Origin: Zancudomyces culisetae HAW-14-8
Lineage: Eukaryota > Fungi > Kickxellomycota
Direction: 5' to 3'
DNA: 64,000 nucleotides
NCBI GenBank assembly: GCA_052426225.1
Contig: JBNJNM010000015.1
Span: 310,001 to 374,000 of the forward strand
A program made the translations under genes and the position numbers. Shown piece after piece: positions 46,961 through 59,385 of the stretch. Position 1 is the first letter of the stretch. Each line of letters starts with the position of its first letter. The notes under the pieces are model-generated. The model saw nothing but the letters and a program-made list of their open reading frames with translations, made no database searches and had not been told where the DNA came from.

Positions 46961-48940
46961 TTATGCGGTAGTGGTCTCATCAGATTGTGCCAATACTTCC
47001 ATAGCCTCATTGACCTTGGCCTCCAATGCTGAGCTGCTGTCCAACAACAACAAAAGTTCGCTGTTGTCCATCTCCAAAAGCATACCAGTGATCTTACCTG
47101 CAAGATCTGGCTGGGTAGATGCAACCATTGGGAACAAAGCCTCTCCCAACATCTCCTTCTGCTTCTCGGGTGAAGCAGCAGCCAATGCAGCAGCTGTCAA
47201 CACAGATGCTCCTTCAGCCTCGGCAGCAGCCTGGGCTTCGTCATGTTCTCCACCATCAACTGGCTTGCCATCAGCCTGGGTTTGGCCAGCGGTGCGAGAA
47301 CCGCGGTAACCACCTCGGGCAGCTGTCTGGGCACCACGGACATTTCCTTGGTGTGCGCCGCGGTTCATCTGGCGAGGATTGCGGCCGCGGGATGGGCGGG
47401 TGGTTGAGCCCATTGGGTAGCCATTAGCTACATTGTATTGGGCAGCCATTGCTGGACCTCCGGCAAAAGGTTGCTGAGCTCCAGGCTGGGCACCGGCAGG
47501 CCAGCGCATTTGTCTCTGCATACCGTTGGGGTTGAAGGGAACGTTGCGCTGTACAGAGTATCCCTGACCAGGTGGGAAGTACATAGGAGCAGCACCGTAC
47601 ATAGCAGAACCTACATTGCCCATTTGGCTGGTCATGCGCAGCTGGCGGTTGAGAGCCTCCAATTGGTTGCGGCGTTGATCCTTACGTTGAGCGAGAGCCA
47701 CGTAGATTGGCTTGTTTCCCCACATGCGTCCGTTCATCTCTGTGACGGCCTTGGTGGCTTCGTCTGGAGATGAGAAACACACAAATCCAAATCCACGTGA
47801 TTTTCCGCTTTCGTCGGTCATAATCTTGGCGCTGGTGATTACTCCATAAACTGAAAATTCTTGGCGCAGCTTCTCGTCATCAATGTCATCATCAAAGTTC
47901 TTGATGTACAAGTTGACACCCTGGTACTTGTTAAGCTTCTCCAACTTGATTTGCTCATACTGTTTCTTCAGTTCCTCCTCTCTCTCCTGCTTCTTTTGTG
48001 CTCTTGATACAAACAGCTTCTTTCCGTGGAACTCTATTTCATTCAATCCCTCCACTGCATCTGCTGCTGCGTTGTGGTCCACAAAATCAACAAATCCAAA
48101 CTCCTTGGATTCACCATCGCTAGATCTTGACACACACGCTGACGAGATCTCTCCAAACCTGGCACACAGTTCCTCAAGTTCACTATCGGTGACACCGACG
48201 TCCAAGTTCTTGATATATATATTGGTAAACCGATTTCTCATTTCTTCGGCCTTTGACATTCTCTCACGTCTTGGAACGTAGTTTCCTACATATACCTGCT
48301 TCTCGTTAAGCAACATTCCGTTGACCTGTGAGATTGCTGCGTCTGCTGCCTCGCGTGTTACATAGTGCACAAAACCATACCCTCTTGACTTTCCGTGCTC
48401 ATCTGTAACTACTTTGCAGCTCAAAATTGGTCCAAACGCTCCAAAGGTGTCATAAAGTGCCTTGTTGTCGATCGCTTCATCGAGGTTCTTGATAAAGATG
48501 TTTCCTTGTCCACTCTTTCTCAACGAAGGGTCTCTTTGCGACCACATAATTCTGCATGGCTTACCCTTGATCTCTGTATAGTTCAATGTTTCCAAAGCTC
48601 TTTCCCCATCGACTCTGGAGTGGTAGTTCACGTACGCATATCCCAAGCTGCGTCTGGTGATTGCATCTCTGCATACTCTGATGCTGGCTACTGCCCCTAC
48701 AATACTAAACAACTCGTAAAGCATTGCTTCGGTGATGCTTTCGTCCAAATCACCAACATAAAGTGAGGCTGGTGCAAAGGGGATACCTCCTGCTGCTGGC
48801 GCTGGTGCTGGTGCACCGACAAATCCTTCTACCATCTCGCCTCCAGCTGGTGCTGCTGCTGGTGCTATTCCGTGGGCTGGTTGTTCAACTGCTGCAACCT
48901 TTGAGGACACTTGTTCTGGTACTTGAACTACTTCTGCCAT
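46961..48940 (-). CDS. PAB1: Cytoplasmic poly(A)-binding protein
   Basis: Four RRMs (ASLYVGDL, RRSLGYAYVN, NIFIKNLD, SRGYGFVH, KYQGVNLYIKN, SRGFGFVCF) and MLLE domain (QKEMLGEALF...AGKITGMLLEMD). Confidence 0.99.
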   Translation of the reverse strand: MAEVVQVPEQVSSKVAAVEQPAHGIAPAAAPAGGEMVEGFVGAPAPAPAAGGIPFAPASLYVGDLDESITEAMLYELFSIVGAVASIRVCRDAITRRSLGYAYVNYHSRVDGERALETLNYTEIKGKPCRIMWSQRDPSLRKSGQGNIFIKNLDEAIDNKALYDTFGAFGPILSCKVVTDEHGKSRGYGFVHYVTREAADAAISQVNGMLLNEKQVYVGNYVPRRERMSKAEEMRNRFTNIYIKNLDVGVTDSELEELCARFGEISSACVSRSSDGESKEFGFVDFVDHNAAADAVEGLNEIEFHGKKLFVSRAQKKQEREEELKKQYEQIKLEKLNKYQGVNLYIKNFDDDIDDEKLRQEFSVYGVITSAKIMTDESGKSRGFGFVCFSSPDEATKAVTEMNGRMWGNKPIYVALAQRKDQRRNQLEALNRQLRMTSQMGNVGSAMYGAAPMYFPPGQGYSVQRNVPFNPNGMQRQMRWPAGAQPGAQQPFAGGPAMAAQYNVANGYPMGSTTRPSRGRNPRQMNRGAHQGNVRGAQTAARGGYRGSRTAGQTQADGKPVDGGEHDEAQAAAEAEGASVLTAAALAAASPEKQKEMLGEALFPMVASTQPDLAGKITGMLLEMDNSELLLLLDSSSALEAKVNEAMEVLAQSDETTTA

Positions 48941-51900
48941 TGTGTTGTTAGAATTGGGTTTTTTTTAAAGTTTTATGTTTTTTTATTTTTATATATTAAA
49001 CGACGTATTTCAATACAAGCTTGTAAGTAAAAGCGCCGTTCCTTAGTATTTTTTATTTTTATTTTTTTAGTGTATTATAAATATACTATATATTTATTAT
49101 TGTGTGGGTATGAAGAAAAAAAAAAAGAAAAAATTTTCATTGAAAAAATTTTTTCTTTAAATAGGAAAACGAAAAAAAATTATAAAATATCAGTGAAAAA
49201 TGGCCATAAACAAAAAAACTATAAAAAAAAGTTCGTCCTAAACATTATTATTGCCATTGAAATTAGCAATAAATTCATCGATTCTCTAATTTTTTTTTCT
49301 TTTTTTTTTGTCTCCCCTTCCCTTCTACTTTTTTCCACCCCACCCCTCTCCATCAATCGACTTTTTTCCTGCATCAAACACAAAAAATCTACAACAAAAA
49401 AAATATTTTTTCACGCTTTTTTTTTTCCTTTTTGAACAAAAAAAAAGTTTAGCAAAAGCCTAAAAAATCGACAGTGCCACTTACAATTCCTCCTCTTCTC
49501 CATCCATCCTCCCCAACTTTGCCATTAGGATAATTTTGTAAGCGAAATATGCATATAACGTAAAATTAGTAATTAAAGCTCGCCTGATTCCAGTCATACA
49601 CACCATTATTCCCCTTCCCCCTCCCTCTGCCTATTTGCATTATGTACTTTATCTTTTAATGTTAGATTTCATTGCCATTATATAATATATTTATAACATT
49701 CTTAATATTCTCCCATAGATACTCACAATCCAAAAAAGTCACGTCTCTCTCCCCCTCCCCACCCAGCCTCTGCTGCTTTCTCTCCTCTCCCCCTCTAATC
49801 TTTGATTTTTTTTCCACATTTACATTTTACTACCCTTGTTCACATCATATTACGATATATTTACTAAAAATGCTTTTTATTTACACAAATTAATGAGCTT
49901 ATTATATAAATTGGCATGCTTTTTTTTTGCGTATTTTGAATCTTGTGTTCCAAAGCCTGACACTGAAATAAAATACCCACAACACCGCCTTTGCATTAAC
50001 ACCCTTGTCATTTGACTTTATTTTTTCGAGTTTTGCTTTCCATTTCTTAGTAAATAAAAGTTCGCTTTGTTTACATTTACTCTAGCCTAGTAAAAAATGC
50101 AAAGATAAAATCCAAAAAAATTAAATAAAAATATGCGAAAACTAATTATTTTTCTTGCAAGCACTTTTAATGATCTTGATGAATACCAAGTTTTTTTTTC
50201 ATATTCCAATACTACTCTGTATACGTCTTATTTTTCATTTGAAAAATGATAATCAAAATTATGAATCAAAATCATAAAAAATAGGAGCAAATAAACACGA
50301 ACTCTTCATCTACTAACACATAGTACCAATTTTTACTCTTTGTTTACCCCGCTCTTTTTATCACCTTCCACCTCCCTTACCAAAACTTCACTATTCTGAC
50401 CATTCACCATCACATTGTTCATCTCTCAACTCTTCATTTGGTCGCATGACCCATCCTCCCTTTTTTCCTCCACAACACACTCTCCTTCCCCCCCCCCGCC
50501 CTTTTCATTCCTTCTCTTCCTGAGTCTTTCCGGCAGATCTATCTCTCACCCCCGACCTCTCTCCCACATTTCTTCCATACAATCCTGACATTGTTAATTG
50601 TATTTTTTTTTGTTTGTTTGCCTGGTTGGCCAATAAAATTCACTTAACCCTTTCTTTGATGGTTTCGCTTCTTTATTTTTTTTTGCTAAAAAGACTTTAC
50701 TTGTCCCCATTGTATCCACCTGATTATATGAACACAAAAACCAGCAACCATTGGCCATCCATTAAAAAGAAAAGACGTGCAATTACATAAATAAGCCAGT
50801 CATATGCTCATATTTACTTTGTCTTTTTATTTTTATTTCCACTCTTCTATTTTTTCCATTTTTCTACTTTTTCAATTTTCCTATTTTTCTATCTTTTAGA
50901 TAAAAAAAAAACCTCACAAACCATGTTACAATCATTACTGACTAGGTTAATTTAACTCGGCATTATTTTTCCCTTCCCTTCCCTCTTTTTCCGCCCAACA
51001 ATCCAATCTGCTTGCAAAACTTCATATCCACACACACAAATCAACAGAAACAAAAAAAGGAGTATGGTTTTGTAGGTATGGTATGCTAGTTGTCTAATGG
51101 GCGATGTCTTGGTATATATTAATTACATCTTGGTTGTTTCTATCTAGAATAACCCACATCGATCCATCCCTACTAATCTCACAAAATGTTTAATATTAAC
51201 AACGAATAAAAAAAAACAAAAGCATGTCTGTTGTATAATATCAGTATCCAAACTATTCCACTTCCACTATTGCATCAAAATTAAGTCATCCATCGTTTTA
51301 ATTGACTGAAATTGCGAGGAAAGAGTTTGAATAGCTTCTCCAAAGTATCATGTCCGAACGCGTTCAAATTTTCACATTTATCTATTTGGCACTTCGTATT
51401 TCCCATCCTCAACTGCTTTAATTATGAAACTGGTGTAGTTACTGCGGAGTTCTTGTTCTTATTCACTGGTCGGGGTTTCATCAGTTTCCATATTTGCTTG
51501 ATTAGAATGTACTGAGGGAGTATAGTACTTGGGATAAACAAACAGGATGAGATAGTGCTGACTATATATACAAAAGTACTCTTATATTTGATTCTGGTTT
51601 GTAAAGTATATTTTGGGCGCAGACTTGGTGTAATAAATGCATCAGTACTCATCAGTATTGCAAGCAGGCGCACAACATCGACACCAAAGGTTGGGACAAA
51701 GAAAATAAATAAATGGTACTTTGCTTTAATATTCATCTCGTATCACAAAAGGGAAGTGGTGAAGGGGGGGGATTGAACTGAACAACAGATTCACTGTGAA
51801 TAATCAAAGATACAAATGCTGGTATAACTTGTAGAACTTTTAAATTAGCGTCAAATTAATACATAAAGTGATAAAGTTGAGTCTGTAGTAAAAACAAGTA

Positions 51901-52020
51901 TAAAAGGTATGAGACGAAAAAAAAAGCTTAATAACGGGGTCGACAAAAAAAAGAAAAGTAATCTAAGGGTACATTAAATGATAAGGAAGGGGTAGAATAG
52001 AGTAAAAAGGAAGAAGGTGG

Positions 52021-54393
52021 TTAGAGGCTCTGTTGTTGTTGTTGTTGTTGTTGTTTTTGATCCACAGCACACATCCAAATACGGGTTTTGTAAGTTTTGA
52101 ATAGCTCACGGACCAGTTCACGGAAATCTATCCTTCTATCGGCAATAAAGTAAAAAGTGAGTTTGCGACGATCCCATTGGAATTCAGCATCACAAACCTC
52201 CATTGGGAGTTTTTTCTGGCGAACCTTCGACTGACAGACAAGAAGCGCTTTTTGTTCGTCGGCGATCTTGGAGTTGACCTGCTCGATATCGGATTGGTCA
52301 GCGACACGGAAAATACGTTTAATATAAATATCCTTTAACGAAACAGAAGGAGCAGGATCGGAGTCAGGCTGAGGTGGGCAAGGAGTTGAATCTAAAGAGG
52401 GGGGAGTTGAAGGTTTAATAGGAGCGGAAGGAGAGCCAGGAGTTGGGGAAGGGCTTGGGGAGAGGGAGGATGGAGTGGAGCTAGAGTCGCTACCCGAAGC
52501 CTTGGAGAAAACAGCACCTGAAACGTCAGCGTTGAGAGCGCAGGACTCGGAGATGTGTTCGTGGGAAGACATAAAGGAAACGACCTGATCACGTGAGCGG
52601 TATTCTTCAATAATCAAACCCAAATCCTGGCCACGATCAGCCTCAAGAATCACGCAGACGCCTGGACGCAATACAGGTTCAGAGGGCGACGCAGAAGAGT
52701 CTGGATTGTAGAAAAACACATCGCTACGAGTGCCTTTGAATTGCACAACAAAGATGCGGGCGTTTTTAGGCAGAGAGACAAGAGGCACGCCCTTGCCCAT
52801 CTCTGACAGCTGGATGGGAGGTGGAATGTTCTGAACAGAGTGGGAGTGAATCTTTCCATTAGTGGATTGTTGGATTGAGACTGGTGTATTAAGAGGAACG
52901 TTTACATGGCCAATAGAGTACGATGGCTGTCTAAGCTGAGGCTGCACTGCAAACGCCGATGGCATTGTATGACTGAGTGCTCCATGCGGAACCTTTAGCG
53001 AGGACAACGTCTTTTGTGGCTGGCTGGCTCGTCTATGTTGAGCAAAGCCAAAGGATCCGTCGTCGTTGAAAGATGGTTGAGCAAAGCCCAAGCTAGAATA
53101 TCCACCCAGAGGCGGGCCGTACGGGGGCCGAGAAAAGTCTGTAGACAGTGGATCGGAAGGTCCCATAAACGACTGCTGGGTTCGGCCAAAGAGTGAGTAA
53201 CCTGGGCCCAGTCCGCCCATTCCGACGGACATTGGTGTTGGATTCATACCCATATTTTGCATGTTTTGGTTAAATGAGGATTCCAGGCTTGGATCGTAAT
53301 ACCCTGCGGTTGGAATCGCATTTTGATACCGTAGTCTGTCGGTGATGCTGATGTGCTGTGCGCCACCATTTGTAACCAAATCCAGAGGCTGGATGTTTGT
53401 TCCGGCACCTCTGTTGCCCAACGATACGCCTCCCATTCCTACCGGAAGACCTGGTTTGTCAAACAATGCCTCGTGCGCTGCTCCTGGTCCCGCCTTGGGT
53501 CTATGTGCCGCCGAAAGATCCAAATCGTACACATCAAACGTTGATCTGCGAGCCCCAACTGTTTGTTTTGGCGGCGTTTGCCCAGTGCCTTGAGGGAACA
53601 TCATTCCTGCTGCTTTCCCTCCCGAAATTCCGTGACCGCCACTATCTCGCAGATCCATTGCACTCATCATTACACTGTCCATAAACACCGCTTCTTCGGC
53701 TGCCGCTGCTGCTTCCGCCGCAAGTTTCGCCTCTTTCAATGTCCCGTTTCCGCTGCGAACCAGCTTCACATTGTCTGCTGGTGCTTCGTTTACATGCTGT
53801 GCCATTCCGCTGATAATTCCTACATCTCTGCTTTTTCCTACAACATTATACATCCCCATATCTCCACTGCCATACCCTTCGCTCTCTACTCCGTGTGAAA
53901 ATCCAACCCATCCTTCGCCTCTTCGTCCACTCTTCTCCATCATTCTGTTGCCTCCAACAACTACCATTCCTCCAACACCGAGTGCTCCTCCTCTTCCCGC
54001 AACAGTCTTCATTCCTGGAAATCCCTCTCCATCATTCAAATTAAGCCTCTTCGCCTTTTCTGAAAGCTCCTCGACACCCCAAATCCCTGCTCCCTCGATC
54101 GAATCAACAAACCCATTTTCCATATTCATTTTTGCCGCTTGGCTGCCTACTGCCTTCCAGCCGCTATTTCTCATCTCCAGATCTTTTGTAAGCCCGACTC
54201 CGTTCTCTCTAAACCCCATATCCACACCTATCGATCCTAGCTCTCCAAGTTTTCGCATCTCCTTCTGTCCCATTATACTCTTTTCTTGTTCAAATCGAAC
54301 GTTCCCATCATCCATTTTTATCTTTTCTCCACCATATCTTTGTCCACCACCCTCCTCTTTATCTTCACAGTTCTGCACAAACGATAACATCAT
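52021..54393 (-). CDS. PSP1: PSP1 C-terminal domain protein
   Basis: FVVQFKGTRSDVF, VILEADRGQDLG, IKRIFRVA, DEQKALLVCQSKV...LPMEVCDAEFQWDRRKLTFYF...RIDFRELVRELFKTYKTRIWM; polyQ tail. Confidence 0.92.
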   Translation of the reverse strand: MMLSFVQNCEDKEEGGGQRYGGEKIKMDDGNVRFEQEKSIMGQKEMRKLGELGSIGVDMGFRENGVGLTKDLEMRNSGWKAVGSQAAKMNMENGFVDSIEGAGIWGVEELSEKAKRLNLNDGEGFPGMKTVAGRGGALGVGGMVVVGGNRMMEKSGRRGEGWVGFSHGVESEGYGSGDMGMYNVVGKSRDVGIISGMAQHVNEAPADNVKLVRSGNGTLKEAKLAAEAAAAAEEAVFMDSVMMSAMDLRDSGGHGISGGKAAGMMFPQGTGQTPPKQTVGARRSTFDVYDLDLSAAHRPKAGPGAAHEALFDKPGLPVGMGGVSLGNRGAGTNIQPLDLVTNGGAQHISITDRLRYQNAIPTAGYYDPSLESSFNQNMQNMGMNPTPMSVGMGGLGPGYSLFGRTQQSFMGPSDPLSTDFSRPPYGPPLGGYSSLGFAQPSFNDDGSFGFAQHRRASQPQKTLSSLKVPHGALSHTMPSAFAVQPQLRQPSYSIGHVNVPLNTPVSIQQSTNGKIHSHSVQNIPPPIQLSEMGKGVPLVSLPKNARIFVVQFKGTRSDVFFYNPDSSASPSEPVLRPGVCVILEADRGQDLGLIIEEYRSRDQVVSFMSSHEHISESCALNADVSGAVFSKASGSDSSSTPSSLSPSPSPTPGSPSAPIKPSTPPSLDSTPCPPQPDSDPAPSVSLKDIYIKRIFRVADQSDIEQVNSKIADEQKALLVCQSKVRQKKLPMEVCDAEFQWDRRKLTFYFIADRRIDFRELVRELFKTYKTRIWMCAVDQKQQQQQQQQSL

Positions 54394-57300
54394 TTCTATG
54401 TTCTTTCCGATCTATTCTTGTTTTTTCGCTCTTTAGTTCTATCTACTATTTCTACAGTTTTATTTGTATCTGATGCCTCTTCTATTATTTTCTATTTTTT
54501 GCTTTATTTCGCTTGTTTTTTCTTCGAGTTCCTAATTTTCACTTTTCAAAGTTCATAAAGACTATCTCTATATCTCTTTTTTAGCGTTTGTCGATATTTT
54601 TTATACGATTCTCTATGCTTAAAATTCTGAAGTCACTTTTTTGCCTATTCTTTCTATTCGTTTTTGTTTACTATAACCGATCTATTGTTTCTGATCTCTG
54701 AATTATTTGTTGAATTACTCAATTTTGTCCTATATTACTTTTTATCGTTTTTTCTCAGAATAGGTAAACGCTGTGTTCTTCGTTTATACAGTTATAGCCT
54801 CTATGTTAGGTTAAGCTTAGCTTTTCTAATCTACGTTGGTATGAATTATGTCTATTAATCTTGTGATATTGTATAAATCTCTATTCTATTGATTTTTATT
54901 CTAAAAAAAGACACCCACTAAATCAAATACTCTTTATTTCTACCCTTTTTTCTAAATATTTTTCCAATTTTTTTTTATTTTCCACTTTCCACTTTCTATT
55001 TTCTATTTTCTGCTTTTTTCCCTATCTTTTTTTTTTTGCTGTCAAATTCGATTTTTTTTAATAGCAATTTATATTTAGTCTCTTTTTACAACTAAAATAT
55101 GCATGTCTTTTTTTTTTCTTAACTCAAACTCCTTCATTGGTTCGCTGCCCCTTTACTAACCTCACATTAGATTTATCAAACTGCAATTTCAATTATGTAA
55201 TTATAGGGTATTTTTCATTTTGGAATGATTTTTTTAATTACTAAATTTTCACCACCAGTTGCAGAAATTAATGTCCATTTGCCAAAAACATTCTGCAAAG
55301 CAAATTCAATTTTCTCGTTATTAAAAATTTACGGCATTATGCAGATCATTGACCCTTCTTTTCAAAAGTAAAAACCGACTACATTACGCAAATATCACAC
55401 TTAATCACTTACTCTTTATTTGTATCTCTTTTTAACTTGCAATCCCACAGCCAAAGTGATTTTTACAGTTTCAGTACCGCTCTATTCTCTTGCTTCATGT
55501 ACAAGCCGTACTATCATGTACTGGTATTTTTCTAAAATAATTTCAAATCGACAAACGTCTGCTGTTGTTTACGCAGATAGATTCTATGTTTATATTTAAA
55601 CCAACTATGTTATAATTATGTTTTCTCTGAAAGTCTATGTGCAAACAGCGGTTATGCTCAATATCTTCATTTCACACAACAATTACTCAACCCTTAAAAC
55701 GTTCTTGAGTATTTTTATTGATAACTTTTTCAACGCCACAAACACCCCTCTATATATGATGTTTATGTCATTGACCCTACTCCCAACTTTTATTCTTTAA
55801 AGTACATCTCTCTTCTAAAGCTTTTAACAACCATCATATTAATATTCTTTTAATTTAATAATACACCCCTCCTCCTCATCCCCTCCTCTCATTTATTCCT
55901 TATTTTACCTTAGCATTAATATCTTTTTAATCTCTCTAATAAATTTCAATATTAAATACAACCCCGCAATTTTCGATTTAATACTTTTGTAAAAAAATAT
56001 ATTGCCATATAAAATTGGCTCTACATTTTAAGACGTCGTCGTTAGCTTTAGAAAAAATGAGTGCACTATGCATCCGGCCTATTAGAGGATCGGTCGATGT
56101 TTCACAGCAACATATACCTCTTCGACATTATATTGAAATGATATATTATGCAAACCCACCACTTATTTGCTCTTATTTACACCCCAAGACAATTTTTATA
56201 CATACCAAGTATATTCATTTCCTAGAAAATAGCAAATATAACTGGTATATAGAATAGTATAGCGCTGTATGTATTACCTCTTATATATTTTATCGCTCTA
56301 GTTGTTTGATTCTATTTTACGTGTACTTAAAGTATGTCCTTCTAAAGTTTCCTTTTTTCTTTATATTTTTTTTCTGCCGATGTTTTAGGGTTCACTTTTA
56401 TTTCATCAAGCAATATCGTACACTATAGGTTTCACTCTTATCACCTTTAATGCAGAGCCGGTCCGTCTATTTAATGCGACTTTATGAAAATATAGGTGAT
56501 ATATCTATTTTTAAAGCCTTAGAATTTTTCGATTTAAAATTAAAAGTTGTTTATTCGCCTTTTTAATTTTAATTCTCTTTTCAAGTGTTATTTAGTTTAA
56601 ACAAAACCTGCTTGGTTATAGCGTTAGTGTTGCTGTTTAAAGATATTAGCCCTATTTTTAAAAAAAAAATTGTCTAATTTTCCAAAATTTTACAGTGGTT
56701 CCAAAGGTTTAGCAGATTTTTTTGATTATATTAAAAAATATGTTAACAAAACCAGAAAAAAATAAACAGTTTGTTTACTAAATAAAATTAAACTAAACTT
56801 GAGAGCATGTATTTTCCATTATTATATATGATAAAATCGACTATTTTGGTTAATTGTTCAGAAATCATTTCATTCTCCAAGTTTATAACAATTATAAACT
56901 CTATTAGTTCTGCCATATGTTTACTAATCTCTAATTAGTATGCATTCGCTGCATATATTACAGTAAATATTACCTTTAGCATATTTTTCATCGCACAGCC
57001 CTCTCCCCCTCTCCCCCTCTCTTATTCTCCCTGTATATTTTCAGAAAAATTGTGTAATTGTGATGAGCATACTAGTATTAACCAGTATTTAACAGTCGTA
57101 GGAGTAATCAGTGCAAAAAGTGATGAGCTTCACAATGCCTCAAATGTAGCATTTCTCATCCTACCCCCAATGCGCTGATGATTACCCTATCCGCATATGA
57201 ATGTACTTTCTAATTTTTTTTTCTCGTATTTTTATTGATACCTCGCCAATTGTGAGTAAAAAACAAGAGGAAAGAACTGATTTTGCCTTGTCACCTTACC

Positions 57301-59342
57301 TCGAATTACTATCCTGTCCTCCTTTTGGAAGAGAAAAAAAAATGATTTTCGCAATTTGCAGTGTTACTATGCGTTTTGAAAAATGATTTTCGCTAAATTT
57401 GTTAATGTATGCATATTAAGAAAAACAGAGTCCTCAAACAATTGGACTGATTTTTTGCTTTATTCATCTACTTTTCTAAACACAATTAAACAATCATTCT
57501 ATTGTATAAACCCATACTTTTGCAAATAAAAGCCTACTTTTTCAAAACCTCCAAGTGAAAGAAAGCAACGAACGTGTTCCAAATGTCGATGTTCATTTTT
57601 TTTAGTTTTTTTAATTTTTTAATTTTTTAATTTTAATTTTAATTTTAATTTTTTGCTTTATAACACTTTATTTAGTTGTATTAACTTTTGATTTTCGCAT
57701 TTTTAATGGTATGTTAAAACAATATTTTGTACCTATCATGGTTTTTTAGCACCAAAAATGAGCAAATGCTTTAGGAACATCTTTGAATAACTCAAATCAA
57801 TCAGCTTCATTTTTTGCATTTATATTGTTAATATCTGGCATAAAAAATACCCACATAACTCATACTAGTGCCAGTAAAGCTGTCACATACTCTCCAATAA
57901 TTATTGATTGATCGACAAAGGTTTTCAAACTCGATTCCATACATGATAATAAAATCAATAGTCGATATCTATTTGATACGTGTAACCCCTACTGCCAAAG
58001 TGCGAATAGTCCTATTTATATTGGCATAAACACGAGTTTGCATTGATATCCAATCCGGTTGTTGTACTTCCTGTTTTATTAAAGACAAACCTGATGTGCA
58101 AAAAAATACATCATCGTTCCATATAAGCATATACATCTACCCCCACTGTCTCCTCTTACTTTGCAGCTTCCATCTTCCCTCATCTAATCTCACTTCCCAA
58201 ATTATCACTACATCCCCAAAGAACACAAACTTATGGAGCGTAAATTTTTTTATTTGCAAATACGTTTGCTTTAAAAATATACATAGATAGTGATGCGCGT
58301 TTCATTCCATACTATAAAATATATTATTTTCAGTTACGCTGGTACCAACGCAAATCTGTATCATTTGCCTTGGTTGAATTTACGTTTATTGAATTGACAG
58401 GTATCCAAAAAAAAAAGAAAGAAAAAGGGAAAACAAAGCTCAAATTATATAATTAACTACCCCTTTCCCAACCTCAATTCCTCTTATCTTTTGTAAACCT
58501 GTTTTATTTTTGTGCTATTCCGGCTCCCCAGCTTTAAACAGCGAAATAAAATGAAAAGGTAATAACTCTATCTGCGCTTTGATACATGTGGAATGCTACA
58601 TTTATCACCTGCGAGTGTTCGTACTTGTAAAGTCCAAACCTCCAAGCAAAATTACACCGTGTAACTTTTTTTCATTTTCCTGAATAAAAAAACCGCGTAA
58701 AAGAGTGTCAGTAGCCTTCATAAATACTGAATAGTGAAGTACACGGAGCTTGTTGGTCTATTTTTCCTGATCAATCGTCAGCTAGCTACCGTGTTATCCA
58801 CATTTATGTTGTTATTTATAAAACCTGCAACGCCCATTTCCTCAGCACTATTGCTGCGTCTATAAATGACTGACGTCATAAAGTTACCAAAGTAGCTATT
58901 TTTGATCTTGTATTTTGGTGCGGTTGGCTTTTACTACACGTAAAAGGCTGTAGACAGATCATCATTTATGGAAGTAATTACCCAGCTAACGACTAATATA
59001 GGTGCAAATACCATAGGTTATTGACCTTTTCGTTTCTTTTGAATTGTATCAGCTAGTTTATTCTATGGTTTGGAAAGCAAAGTCGTCGAATAAAAAAGAA
59101 AATGATGGATTTATCTTTCACAACAGTAATATTTGGGTTGAAAAATGAAACCAGGTGTTATAAACATTCTCATCTATTATAGAAACTTTCCCTGAGGGTT
59201 ATTTTTGTAAAGCAATGTTGAGTTTATGGTGTACATAAATAAGTGACAAGTACAACTTTGATCCAGTGCAACCGTTCTGAATAACCAAAATTTTACTGTA
59301 CTTGGTCTAGTAATCAAAAGAGAAACGTTGAAAGGTGATGAT

Positions 59343-59344
<2 letters not shown>

Positions 59345-59384
<40 letters not shown>
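59345..59384 (+). repeat. G40 homopolymer
   Basis: 40 consecutive G in an otherwise AT-rich intergenic region. Confidence 0.95.

Positions 59385-59385
<1 letters not shown>

Noticed and set aside
51280-51736. 104-aa minus-strand ORF followed by a TAA and ~46 more open codons downstream of PSP1
   Set aside because: No recognisable motif and probably within or near the PSP1 3' region; it cannot be supported without homology or expression data.
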